Source: an uncultured Flavobacteriaceae bacterium
GTDB lineage: Bacteria > Bacteroidota > Bacteroidia > B-17B0 > Aurantibacillaceae
Assembly (NCBI GenBank): GCA_964576565.1
Contig: CAZNVL010000001.1
Location: forward strand, 19,856 to 83,855
Length of the DNA: 64,000 nt
Direction: 5' to 3'
The stretch's first letter is position 1. Every line of letters begins with the position of its first letter. Under the pieces are notes generated by a model. It saw only the letters and a program-made list of their open reading frames with translations, had not been told where the DNA came from and made no database searches. Positions 19,567-30,000 of the stretch are shown here, piece by piece. Made by a program: the position numbers and the translations under genes.

Positions 19567-19992
19567 ATGAAAAAATTTCTCTTAATCTGCGGTATTATTT
19601 CTTTAATGCTTACATCTTTTTGTAATGCTCAACGCAACCAAACTAAACCACAAACAGTGGAAACACCTACCAACCAAAATCCTAAAATAAAAAAATTAAC
19701 TTTTCGTCTCATTGTTTCCTTTACCAGCCACGCTTCAGGAATTGACTTTGAAAAATATGATGCTATCATCAAATACATTCAATCGCACCCTAAAAAGCCC
19801 AAATACAAACTCTATGGTTGGGGAAGAGAAGGTGAAGTGGATATTTGTATGAAGCTGAAAGAATTAAAAAAATCGGAAAGAAAAGCATTTATTGAAGAAA
19901 TCAAAAAACTGGCACAAGGTTCAGATAGAGTGTTTGTCAATACGAATGTAACTAAAGAATTTATTACAGAAAAATTAAAAGACCCGCAATAA
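19567..19992 (+). CDS. hypothetical exported protein, last gene of the gld unit
   Basis: The ATG at 19567 gives the signal peptide MKKFLLICGIISLMLTSFCNAQ. It starts 27 nt after gldN and is followed by an intrinsic terminator. Confidence 0.6.
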   Translation: MKKFLLICGIISLMLTSFCNAQRNQTKPQTVETPTNQNPKIKKLTFRLIVSFTSHASGIDFEKYDAIIKYIQSHPKKPKYKLYGWGREGEVDICMKLKELKKSERKAFIEEIKKLAQGSDRVFVNTNVTKEFITEKLKDPQ

Positions 19993-20030
19993 AACTTTTA
20001 ATGTTTTTTTCTGTTTAAATTTTTAACCTT

Positions 20031-20062
20031 AACCCTGCTTAAAAAACAGGGTTTTTTATTTT
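20031..20062 (+). terminator. Rho-independent terminator
   Basis: AACCCTG-cttaaaaaa-CAGGGTT, a 7-bp GC-containing stem, followed by TTTTATTTT. Confidence 0.75.
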
Positions 20063-20085
20063 AATTTGCCGCCAAAAATAAAACT

Positions 20086-22887
20086 ATGAAAAAAGTAATT
20101 AAAATTTCTGTTATCGTAATTGCAGTATTATTAGTTGCACTAATTTCTTTACCTTTTATTTTCAAAAACAAAATTATTCAAACTGTAAAAGATACGATTA
20201 ATGAAAACCTTAATGCAAAAGTTGACTTCGGAAACTTTAATTTATCTATTATTTCCTCTTTTCCGGATTTCAAATTTGAAATAGAAAATGTATCCGTGGT
20301 AGGAATTAATGAATTTTCAAAGGACACATTGGCATTCATCAAAAAATTAGATTTAAACTTAAATCTAAAAAGCGTTTTGTCTGGCGATCAATACCAAATC
20401 AATAAAATAATCATCAACTCCCCTCGCATCAAAGCCATTGTACTGCCCGATGGAAAAGCCAATTGGGATATTGCTAAATCAGATACAACATCTTCTACAC
20501 CCGAAGACACCTCTGCTTCAACACCTTTCAAACTTTCACTCAAAAAATTCAAAATTGAAAATGCTCACATTATCTACGACGACCAACAATCTAAAATGTA
20601 TAGCGAACTGGCAGATTTGAACTATGATTTAAGCGGTGATTTTACTCAGGATATTTTTGATTTAATACAAACACTTTCTATCAAAGAACTGAACTTCAAA
20701 ATGGACAACATTGCTTATCTCAATAAAGCAAAATTCAATGCCAAAGCCAATATGAATGCGGATATGAAACAAATGAAATTTACTTTCAAAGAAAATGAAT
20801 TTAACCTCAATGAGTTTGTTTTAAAATTAGATGGATTCGTTGCAATGCCCAATGACAGCGATATTGTTTTAGACATTAAAACATCTACTGTAGACAATAC
20901 TTTCAAATCCTTACTGTCCCTTGTACCGGCGGTGTATAAAAAAGAGTTTGCCGGGCTGGAAGCATCTGGTAAAGTAAGTTTTTACGCCGATGCAAAAGGT
21001 ACTTACAACAATCATTCCTATCCCTCTTTTAATGTGCAACTCGTAGTGAATAATGGAAGATTCAAATATCCTTCTTTGCCCAAATCCGTCAATAACGTCA
21101 ATATAGATTTAAAAATAAATAATCCTTCCAATGTATTAGATAAAATGGTGATTGACTTAAATAAATTTCATCTGGAAATGGCCGAAAATCCAATAGATGC
21201 CAAAGCACTTATTAAAACACCAATTTCTGACCCTGATTTTGATGTCTTTGTAAAAGGAAAAATTAATTTATCTTCTGTAAAAGAATTTATTCCTCTTGAA
21301 AAAAGCGATAACCTGAATGGTATCATCACATCCGATATTGAATTGGCTGGAAAAATGAGTGCTGTAGATAAAAAACAATACGACAAGTTCAAAGCCAACG
21401 GAAAACTTGAAATCAGCGATATGTTGTACCAAACACAATCGCTTCCTTATTCTGTGAATCTTAAAAAAATGTTGCTCAACTTTACCAATCAATATGTTGA
21501 ATTATCCGAGTTTTCTGCCCTTGTGGGAAAATCTGATTTTAACGCCAAAGGGAAAATTGAAAACTTTCTTCAATACGTTTTCAAAGATGAATTACTCAAA
21601 GGACAATTTGATTTTTCATCCGCACTCATAGATGTCAATGAATTAATGGCCAGTACCTCTACCACTACTACTACCACTTCAACTACGGCTACTTCTGGAA
21701 CAACGACTACCACTTCATCTTCCACCACTACGCCCGTAGATATTCCCGGCAACATTGATTTTGTCTTAAATGCGAAAATCAACAAAGTATTGTACGATAA
21801 AATGGAAATCACAGACCTAAAAGGAAAAATTACCATTCGTGAAAAACGACTGATGATGGACGATGTGGCTATGAATGTATTAGGTGGTAAACTAATTATG
21901 GATGGCTATTACGACTCCAAAAATTTAAAGCAACCCAAAGTAAATTTTAATTTCAAAGTAGAAAATTTTGATGTACAAAAAACATTTGAAACCTTTAATA
22001 CCGTACAAAAATTAGCCCCTATTGCAAAATACGCCAAAGGGTTCTTTACCGCTACATTAGAAAACTTTAATGTCTCTTTAAATGAAAAAATGGAACCAGA
22101 TTTGAACAGCGTAGACGCGTACGGCGTTATTAAAACTAACAATATCATCATTAGTGGATACGAGCCCTTTAATAAACTGGCCGATGCTTTGAAACAAGAA
22201 CAATTCAAAACCATCAATGTCCAAAATCTCAATCTTTCTTACAAAATAAAAAATGGACGAATGAGCTTTGAACCTTTTACCACCAAAATCAATCAAATTC
22301 AAACGACTATCTCCGGTAGCACAGGCCTTGACCAAACTATTGATTACAAATGGGCAATGGAAATACCTCGCAGCATGTTTGGCAATCAAGCCAATAACGC
22401 TATGTCTGGCTTATTACAACAACTCAATCAAAAAGCGGGCACAAACGTACAATTGCCCGAAAAAATTAATCTGGATGTACTCTTTGGTGGGACCGTTACC
22501 AAACCCACTATTAAAACAAGCATGAAAGAAACCGGACAGGCCGTACAACAAGAAATCAAAGAACAAGTGACACAAGCCATTGTAGATAAAGCCGCAGAAG
22601 AAGCACAAAAAATTTTGGCAGATGCACAAGAACAAGTAAACAAACTCAAAGCAGAAGCACAAAAACAAGCCGAACAAATCAAACAAGAAGCATACAAACA
22701 AGCAGATGAATTAGAAAAAAAAGGCGCTAATCCATTAGAAAAAATGGCCAACAAAAAATTAGCCGAACAACTGCGTAAGGAAGCTGACAAAAAAGCACAA
22801 AAACTTATTGACGAAACAAATGCAAAATGCGATAAAATAATGGCCGACGCCAAAGCCAAAGCCGATGAAAAATTGCAAAAGAAGTAA
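20086..22887 (+). CDS. AsmA-family envelope protein with Thr/Ser-rich linker and coiled-coil tail
   Basis: N-terminal TM anchor (VIKISVIVIAVLLVALISLPFIF) followed by a long beta-rich region typical of AsmA-like proteins. The C-terminal roughly 130 aa is rich in K, A, E and Q. Confidence 0.78.
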   Translation: MKKVIKISVIVIAVLLVALISLPFIFKNKIIQTVKDTINENLNAKVDFGNFNLSIISSFPDFKFEIENVSVVGINEFSKDTLAFIKKLDLNLNLKSVLSGDQYQINKIIINSPRIKAIVLPDGKANWDIAKSDTTSSTPEDTSASTPFKLSLKKFKIENAHIIYDDQQSKMYSELADLNYDLSGDFTQDIFDLIQTLSIKELNFKMDNIAYLNKAKFNAKANMNADMKQMKFTFKENEFNLNEFVLKLDGFVAMPNDSDIVLDIKTSTVDNTFKSLLSLVPAVYKKEFAGLEASGKVSFYADAKGTYNNHSYPSFNVQLVVNNGRFKYPSLPKSVNNVNIDLKINNPSNVLDKMVIDLNKFHLEMAENPIDAKALIKTPISDPDFDVFVKGKINLSSVKEFIPLEKSDNLNGIITSDIELAGKMSAVDKKQYDKFKANGKLEISDMLYQTQSLPYSVNLKKMLLNFTNQYVELSEFSALVGKSDFNAKGKIENFLQYVFKDELLKGQFDFSSALIDVNELMASTSTTTTTTSTTATSGTTTTTSSSTTTPVDIPGNIDFVLNAKINKVLYDKMEITDLKGKITIREKRLMMDDVAMNVLGGKLIMDGYYDSKNLKQPKVNFNFKVENFDVQKTFETFNTVQKLAPIAKYAKGFFTATLENFNVSLNEKMEPDLNSVDAYGVIKTNNIIISGYEPFNKLADALKQEQFKTINVQNLNLSYKIKNGRMSFEPFTTKINQIQTTISGSTGLDQTIDYKWAMEIPRSMFGNQANNAMSGLLQQLNQKAGTNVQLPEKINLDVLFGGTVTKPTIKTSMKETGQAVQQEIKEQVTQAIVDKAAEEAQKILADAQEQVNKLKAEAQKQAEQIKQEAYKQADELEKKGANPLEKMANKKLAEQLRKEADKKAQKLIDETNAKCDKIMADAKAKADEKLQKK
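21651..21735 (+). repeat. low-complexity ACC/ACT/TCT codon tract (poly-Thr/Ser)
   Basis: Encodes STSTTTTTTSTTATSGTTTTTSSSTTTP within the AsmA-like CDS. Confidence 0.8.
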
Positions 22888-22912
22888 TACACAATCCATT
22901 TCCCATTTCACT

Positions 22913-23302
22913 TTACATCACATCTTTTACTTCCTTAATTTCAACTAAAATATTTTTAATATTCATTAAATCCTGATGAATTAGTTCTAATTTATGTAAC
23001 ACTTTGTTTTTACTTTCTTCACAAGAGCCCTCTTTACTATCTTTTGTTTTTACAGAATGCAAATTATCCTCAACCAACTGATAAACATGTTTTACAAAAT
23101 TTTCCTTTAGCAGTAAAGAAATTCTCACCAATAAGTCACTATCTATACTCTGCTTATTAAACATCTGATACACGGCTGGTCGGGATAATCCAATTTTTTC
23201 TGCAAACTCTGTAACAGTGTAACCACTCGTATTCAATTTTTCTTGTATGAATTGTCCAAGATGTACATTTTTCTCACTCGTTTTTTTATTCTTCTTGTCC
23301 AT
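22913..23302 (-). CDS. helix-turn-helix (XRE-like) transcriptional regulator
   Basis: The first ATG is at 23302. HTH segment YTVTEFAEKIGLSRPAVYQMFNKQ. It is divergent from the giant cargo genes. Confidence 0.72.
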   Translation of the reverse strand: MDKKNKKTSEKNVHLGQFIQEKLNTSGYTVTEFAEKIGLSRPAVYQMFNKQSIDSDLLVRISLLLKENFVKHVYQLVEDNLHSVKTKDSKEGSCEESKNKVLHKLELIHQDLMNIKNILVEIKEVKDVM

Positions 23303-23441
23303 CAACTTTTTGCCTTAAAGATATTTTTAATTCTACTGATTTTCTATCTATATAAAAAATCAAACTGTCTACTTTTTTAATCAATTTGTTTTATTTTATT
23401 ACAACTTGTTTTATTTTCTTTTCTATTTGAAAAATATTTCT

Positions 23442-23449
23442 TACATTTG
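23442..23449 (+). promoter_or_regulatory. Bacteroidetes-type -7 box (TAnnTTTG)
   Basis: TACATTTG lies in the 380-nt AT-rich divergent intergenic region. It implies a leader of about 225 nt before the ATG at 23686. Confidence 0.35.
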
Positions 23450-23618
23450 CATAAGAATAAAAACATCCAACACTTCTCACAATGCTTTTTGCTTTACGCC
23501 CCATAATTTTTTTAGCCCGCAAGAATACAATAAAGTTTGAGTACAAGGTTTTGTTTTTGCTCACTCACCAGATTTTTTGTCTATTAAATACCTTAGATGG
23601 TCTAAAAAGCAACAAATA

Positions 23619-23634
23619 TGTGATTTTTATCACA
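23619..23634. promoter_or_regulatory. palindrome TGTGAT-N4-ATCACA (candidate operator)
   Basis: Perfect 6-bp arms located 52 nt upstream of the ATG at 23686. The half-sites match a TGTGA-N6-TCACA layout. Confidence 0.35.
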
Positions 23635-23685
23635 AAATATGTTCTATACATCATTTATCTTTGAACCAAATTAAAAATTATAGAT

Positions 23686-26600
23686 ATGAGCACATTACTT
23701 CATACTAAAAAATCAGAAAGCAAAGCAAAAAGATTTTACTTCTTTGTCATTCTGTTAGTGATTTTGCTCTCCTTTATTTTTCTCTCTCTTCTTCAATCAG
23801 CCCGGGCAGCCACTTACTATTATATCTCTGGACCTCTACAAAATCTAAGCTCGTGGAACACAAGTAGTAACGGAACAGGTACTTCGCCTGCCTCTTTCAC
23901 AGGAAATAATACTTTCATTATTTGGAACAGCATCTCCTCAACCATTTCTCCAACGCTTACAGGCACGTGGACTTTTGGTGGTGCCGGTACAACCATATTA
24001 CAAATAGGCACATCGACCGGCTCTGCTACTCTTGTATTGAATGGTATATTGAATTTACAAGGGAGTGCTATCTTACGCGTAGGGGCAACGACAGGCACTG
24101 TTCCTAAACAACTGATTATTCTTTCCGGAGGAAATCTTAATATCTTAGGTACGGGCACACCACTGCGAGTATACAATAATGCTACGCTCACCATTCAATC
24201 CACTACTTTCCCAACTTCTGCTCGAGTGGCCTTAAATGCAGGTTCAACAGTAGAGTGGGCACAAAACAGTGGAGTAACTATCTGGAGAAGAACGTATCAA
24301 AATATGATCATCAGCGGCACAGGCATTAAAACACAAGGCACAGGCGGCACAACACGAATTTCAGGACAGTTAGTCATGCAATCTGCCGCTCTGCAAATGA
24401 GCAACACTACTAACGATATACTCAGGTTAAGCGGCACTATTACCGGTACAGCACCCATTATCACAGGCAACAGCAATTTACAAATAGACGGAGCAGCTAC
24501 TGCCTTTGGAACAATTTATTTTTCGGGATCCCAAACTATCAGAAATCTTACCATAAAGAGAACCAATGCCAGTGGACAAATTATCTTAGGTAGTAATTTA
24601 ACCGTCAACGGCACTACCAGTTTTTCTAAAGGAAATATAAACCTCAATGGGAATACGCTCACCTTAAACGGTGCTATTACTCTGCCTACTAACACCACCA
24701 ACGGCTATTTCACAGGTAGTAATACTTCTCAATTAGTAATTAATGGTAGCGGCAGTATCACGAATTCTTTATTAGTAAATCCAACAAATAATTCCACTCA
24801 TTCGCTGTATGTTCTCACCATGAATCGTACAGGAAGAACTTTGAATTTAGGGAACACTCTGCATATATGGGGCTCGCTGAATGCTACCGCCGGCACCATC
24901 AATTGTGGAAATAACTTATGCTATATTAAAGCGAGCGATACTCTAAAGGGCAGAGTAGGCCCCATCGGGACTAATGCCGATATTACCGGAACATTGACGG
25001 TGGAAGCATTTGCCAAAGGCGGCACTACAGGTTATGCTATACTAGGTGTGGCAGGAGTAAGTGGAAAAACTTTCGTAGATTGGAACGATGATTTTGCAAT
25101 TACCTGCCCGGCTTGTCCCAACGGATCGGTTGTAGGCACAGCGCCTTTTACTTCTATTAGTTCATACAGCGAGCCAGCTGTCACCAATTGCTACTCTTGT
25201 ACACCACACTACGTCTACATTAATTCCATCAATGATCCAATCACGGTGGCTAAAGGTTATTACGTGTATTTAGGCACCTCCACATACACCACTTCCGACA
25301 TTGTAATAGATGTCACCGGACCAATTGTCAAGAAAAATTTTGGCACTATAAATCTGAGTTTGACCGGTGGTGCTTCCACCCAAAATGGCTGGAACATGCT
25401 AGCCAATCCTTATCCCTCTCCTATTAGTTTCACCACAGCATTTTCTTCGTATTCTACACAAATTGAATATGCTACTTATGTATGGAACCCTGATTTAAAT
25501 GGCGGAAATGGTGACCATGCCGTTTATATTCCGGGTGTTGGCTCTATACCTTCTGTGACCAGCGGTGGAATAGACAACAATATCCCTCTTGGGCAAGCAT
25601 TTTTCGTAAGAGCTCTGATAAATAATGTGCCTATTACTCCCTCCGAAAACTGGAAAACCGCTTCCATCAATAACAACCCTCTCTTAAAAACTTTTTCTCC
25701 CAATAATACGAATTCAAGCCCTGCGTATCCCTCTAACCTCTTTTTACTCAACTTAAAAGGCAGCAGTCAAAACTTTAATACGTTCACTGCTATTAACCTG
25801 CATCCGAACGGAACCTTAGGTTTTGACAATGGTTTAGACGCTACACATTTGCATAGTGGTGTCGATTACTATAATAAAAAAATAGCTGAGATATTCACAA
25901 CCTATTCTGGGATTGATTTCAAATGCAACACTATACCATTGTCAGCAGGTACTTATTCAATGGATGTCTCTGTATTAAGTGGCTATTCTGGGACTTATAC
26001 CATTTCTCCAGTTAATTTAAATAATCTTCCTCAATCGGTTTGTGTGAGTTTATATGATAAATTGACCAATACTACACACGATTTAAGAAATGGTGATTAT
26101 GTGTTTAATTTTTCAGATACTACCAGTGTGCCAAGATTTGTGCTCTATGTAAATTTCAATCCCATTACTGCTTGGGCTTCTGTGTTTCAGCCCGCCAGTT
26201 GTAAAACTTCTCACGATGCTATCCTCACCACAAGCATCACCGGCACAGCACCCTTCCTTATTCAATGGAAGGACTCATTACAAAATGTGATCGCAACGCA
26301 CACGACGAATTTTAATACAGATACTTTATACAATATCTCAAGTGGTTCTTATTATGTGGACATCAGTTCTGCTGCTGCTTGCAGTGGCTCTCTCATTCCA
26401 ATTATCGTAAATTATACCACGCCTTTGCCTGTTGCTTCGGCTAATTTACTTACATCTAATACCATGTCCTGCAATTTGTCTAATCCCTTTGTGTTTAATA
26501 ACACTTCTCTAAACGCGAGCAATTTTCAATGGGTGGTCTTAGGCAATGGCACCAGTGCCACAACTCCCAACTTCAGCTGCATGCCACAAGACACGGGCGA

Positions 26601-27015
26601 TTACATTGTTCGGTTGTATGCCTTTAATACCTGCAACGATACTTCTTACACAGATTTTCCAATCACTGTAACACCGGGCCCAGATATGAATATCCCATAC
26701 AATTATGGACCTTGTCCACCCTATATGCCCGGTTGTCAAACCGCCAGAAATATGAATAACCCTACTGCTCAGACAACACCGCAAATTTTATTACTATCGG
26801 ATGAAAAAGAATATTATTTACTTTCTAATTATGATACAGAAATACAACTCATCCTATCCGATGTATTGGGCAGAACATTGCTTAATGAAAAAATTTATTT
26901 GCGAAAAAATGAAAAATTTTATTTATTTGTAAATGAAAATTATCACGCTCAATGGCTAATTTTGAAATGGATGAATGAACATCAAAAAAGCAATATAAAA
27001 ATTTGGAGAGATTAA
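23686..27015 (+). CDS. large secreted surface protein, probable T9SS cargo (beta-helix-like region, SprB-like repeat, PKD-like domain, degenerate C-terminal sorting domain)
   Basis: Signal peptide ...LLQSARA-ATYYY. Long Asn/Thr/Gly-rich region. Cys-flanked SprB-type repeat (CKTSHDAILTTSITGTAPFLIQWKD...SGSYYVDISSAAACSG). C-terminal strand pattern IQLILSDVLGRTLLNEKI. Confidence 0.78.
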   Translation: MSTLLHTKKSESKAKRFYFFVILLVILLSFIFLSLLQSARAATYYYISGPLQNLSSWNTSSNGTGTSPASFTGNNTFIIWNSISSTISPTLTGTWTFGGAGTTILQIGTSTGSATLVLNGILNLQGSAILRVGATTGTVPKQLIILSGGNLNILGTGTPLRVYNNATLTIQSTTFPTSARVALNAGSTVEWAQNSGVTIWRRTYQNMIISGTGIKTQGTGGTTRISGQLVMQSAALQMSNTTNDILRLSGTITGTAPIITGNSNLQIDGAATAFGTIYFSGSQTIRNLTIKRTNASGQIILGSNLTVNGTTSFSKGNINLNGNTLTLNGAITLPTNTTNGYFTGSNTSQLVINGSGSITNSLLVNPTNNSTHSLYVLTMNRTGRTLNLGNTLHIWGSLNATAGTINCGNNLCYIKASDTLKGRVGPIGTNADITGTLTVEAFAKGGTTGYAILGVAGVSGKTFVDWNDDFAITCPACPNGSVVGTAPFTSISSYSEPAVTNCYSCTPHYVYINSINDPITVAKGYYVYLGTSTYTTSDIVIDVTGPIVKKNFGTINLSLTGGASTQNGWNMLANPYPSPISFTTAFSSYSTQIEYATYVWNPDLNGGNGDHAVYIPGVGSIPSVTSGGIDNNIPLGQAFFVRALINNVPITPSENWKTASINNNPLLKTFSPNNTNSSPAYPSNLFLLNLKGSSQNFNTFTAINLHPNGTLGFDNGLDATHLHSGVDYYNKKIAEIFTTYSGIDFKCNTIPLSAGTYSMDVSVLSGYSGTYTISPVNLNNLPQSVCVSLYDKLTNTTHDLRNGDYVFNFSDTTSVPRFVLYVNFNPITAWASVFQPASCKTSHDAILTTSITGTAPFLIQWKDSLQNVIATHTTNFNTDTLYNISSGSYYVDISSAAACSGSLIPIIVNYTTPLPVASANLLTSNTMSCNLSNPFVFNNTSLNASNFQWVVLGNGTSATTPNFSCMPQDTGDYIVRLYAFNTCNDTSYTDFPITVTPGPDMNIPYNYGPCPPYMPGCQTARNMNNPTAQTTPQILLLSDEKEYYLLSNYDTEIQLILSDVLGRTLLNEKIYLRKNEKFYLFVNENYHAQWLILKWMNEHQKSNIKIWRD

Positions 27016-27052
27016 ACTTTATTTATATCACTAACCATAAAACCCTACCACT

Positions 27053-30000
27053 ATGAAAACAAAAAATATAAACAAGGTAGGAACTCGTAAAAGCAATGCA
27101 AACCATTGCTTACCATCTTCTATCCAAAGCATAGTACTTTGGATGGCTTTGTGTAGCACGGCTTTTCTCTCTGCACAAACCACTTATTATACCCGCGGTG
27201 CAGGTGGCAACTGGAGCAATCCTGCTACATGGAGCACAGCCGGATGCAACGGAGCAGCAGCCAGTAGTGTGCCCGGCCCATTGGATAATGTCATTCTATG
27301 CAATAGCAATGGCGGCGGTGCAGTGACCGTAACTGTAGATGGCAACTACACCTGCAATAATCTCACTATTGGGAATGGAAACAATAACTGCTTTTTAAAC
27401 ATAGCCGGCACTTATACTTTGAACATCAACGGCGACTTGAAAATCAATAATACTTGCAATAATCAAACATACCGATTAGATGCAGGAAACGGGGTAGTAA
27501 ATGTGAACGGTACTTTTTCTCAATGGTGTACCACGAATGGAAATAATCAAATCTGGATTGGACAAGGCAAAATCGTGTTTAATCCCGCTGTTAATCAAAC
27601 GACGAATAAACAATTCATTCGTTTTTACGGTGCCGGTACAATAGTTTTTAATAATGGTTTTTCTTCTAATCAACCGAATGCTCAATTTCAAACCGTCACC
27701 AATGCACAAATTTGGTTCAAAGGGAATTATACTCAAACAACAAGTAATATGGATTTTACAATGGGACAATCTCGATTTCCCATCGTTTATTTTGACTGTG
27801 TTGGGTGTAATATCAATAATACTTCACGCGTCGATTTTGGAGATGTGATTATTTATGATAATGCAGTGGTCGGTACGGCGGGTGGTGGTAATCTCAACAT
27901 TACAGGAAATCTTACGCTCAATACCAATGCTACATTCAATTTAAGTAAAAATGTACCCGGAAACGTTAGCTTTGTAAGAAGTATCAATGATATTACACTC
28001 AATAGTGGCTCTGTTTTTAATATCGCCGGTGGTGTAACTTACATTCAATCGGCCGGAAACTGGATAAATAACGGCGGTACACTCAATGCTTCTCCACCCA
28101 CTACCGTGCGGTTTGAAGGCATTGGCAATAGTATTGGTGGCACAAGTACTACCACTTTTCCACATATTCAATTCGGGAACACTTTGAATAACGTATACTA
28201 TCAGATTAATCAAAACATCTCCTGTCAGAATTTAATTATAGATGCTGATAATTCATCCAGAAATGTTACCATCAATACTTATAGTGTTCAGGTGAACGGA
28301 AATGTCATCATCAATCAACCTACTAATAACAATATCAACACTCTCAGTGTTAATGGCGGCACTTTAAATGTGGCAGGAAATTTAAATTTTTCAGGTGGAT
28401 CAAATAGTAATACACGAGTTGGTAAATTACTTGTAAACTCTGGATTGGCAACGATTAATGGTAATATAACATGGATGGGAAATAATACTGTGCTTTCTGA
28501 AGTAATTGAAGTCAATACTGGCACTTTAAATTTACAGCAGGATGTGTCTGCTCCCTATAATTCTGGGGTATTTAATATCATCGGGCCGGGTGTGCTTAAT
28601 TTTAATGGGAATACATCTGTATCACTTAATCTCAACGGTACAGGAGGCGCTAATGCAGCACAACTGAATACAGTATATGGCAGCACAGTAACATTTGCAA
28701 AAGGAATAAGCAACAGTAATGCTCCACTTACCTTTTCAAATGGCTCTTATCAGATATTCACAGGAAGTGGAAACATCACCATTAATTCCCCCATCACATT
28801 CGGGAATTTCGTTATTAACTCCGGGGTTAATGTAACGCCTACTAATGATTTTTCTGTTCAAAACAATTGGATAAATTTAGGCGGAAGCTTTATTCATAAC
28901 AATCGCCGGGTGACATTTAATGGAACCAGCACTCAATATATTTCAAAAACCGGCGGTGAAACTTTCTACAATGTTACATCCAATGCTACTGGTCCTATCA
29001 CCTTAAATGATAATGTAACCATACTTAATAACCTGACTATGAATGCCGGAAATTGGAATGTCAACAGTAAGCTACTTATTCTTGGTAATGGTGGTCCATC
29101 TACCTTAAATCGCACGGCTGGTATTATTTATGGTGGAGAATTCAGAAGATATTGGCCCGCAGGTGCGACTATCAGTTCTACAGGTAGTTTTTATTATGGT
29201 TTATTCCCAATCGGTACTTCCACAGAATACCGTCCTGTACAAATCAATTCCACAGCCGCCCCAACTACCGCTGGTTACATTGGCGCCTATCATACCGATG
29301 CTTATACAGCAACAGATGGAAGTTGGGCAGCCAATGATGGGCTCGGAAGCACAGTTCAAAGAATGCATGACCAACGCACTACACTTACTAATATCGGCGT
29401 TGGTGGTGGAACATATAACTTAGATGTTTCATTTACTTCCCTCTCTTCTATTGGAACTTTAGCCGATATGCGATTGATGCCTTATTTAGCCGCAGGCATA
29501 GGCACCCACGCGGCTGCCACGGGTGCAGTTTCTGCACCTACTGTCAAGCGAACCGGCTTGACAATCGCTCAACTTCCTAATACATGGGCAGTGGGTACTA
29601 TTAACAAAGACCCAATCTCGGGAACTCCATTACGACAACCCTATTATTCTCGTAAGACAGGCAACTGGAGTGATGTAACACCAGGTAATGCCACATGGAG
29701 CACAGATCCTATTTCACTCGTGAGCTGTGATTGTAAACCGACGCCCGGAAGTTTGGTTTTCATCAAGTCCGGACATATAGTAACATTGGATATAAATGTT
29801 ACAACAGCACCGTATGGACCTATTGATTATCTTGTGATTGAAAACGGAGGCAGTTTAGTGGGTACACAAAACATCACGATCAATTATGATATGGAAGTGC
29901 AAGGCACGGGTAATTTTGCCCCGACCGGCGGAACATGGACGATTTCGAGAGATTTAAATATCACCGGGGCCTCAGTTTCTTCTACACCACCCGGCAGCAA

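Noticed and set aside
20438-22892. Numerous 60-154-aa ORFs on both strands within the AsmA-like gene
   Set aside because: They are shadow ORFs. The 154-aa minus ORF (22428-22892) is the complement of the K/A/E/Q coiled-coil tail.
23482-23664. 60-aa ORF in the cargo-gene leader as a bona fide CDS
   Set aside because: It is hydrophobic, low-complexity and AT-driven, with no supporting features beyond proximity to a -7 box. I kept it only as a possible uORF in a finding.
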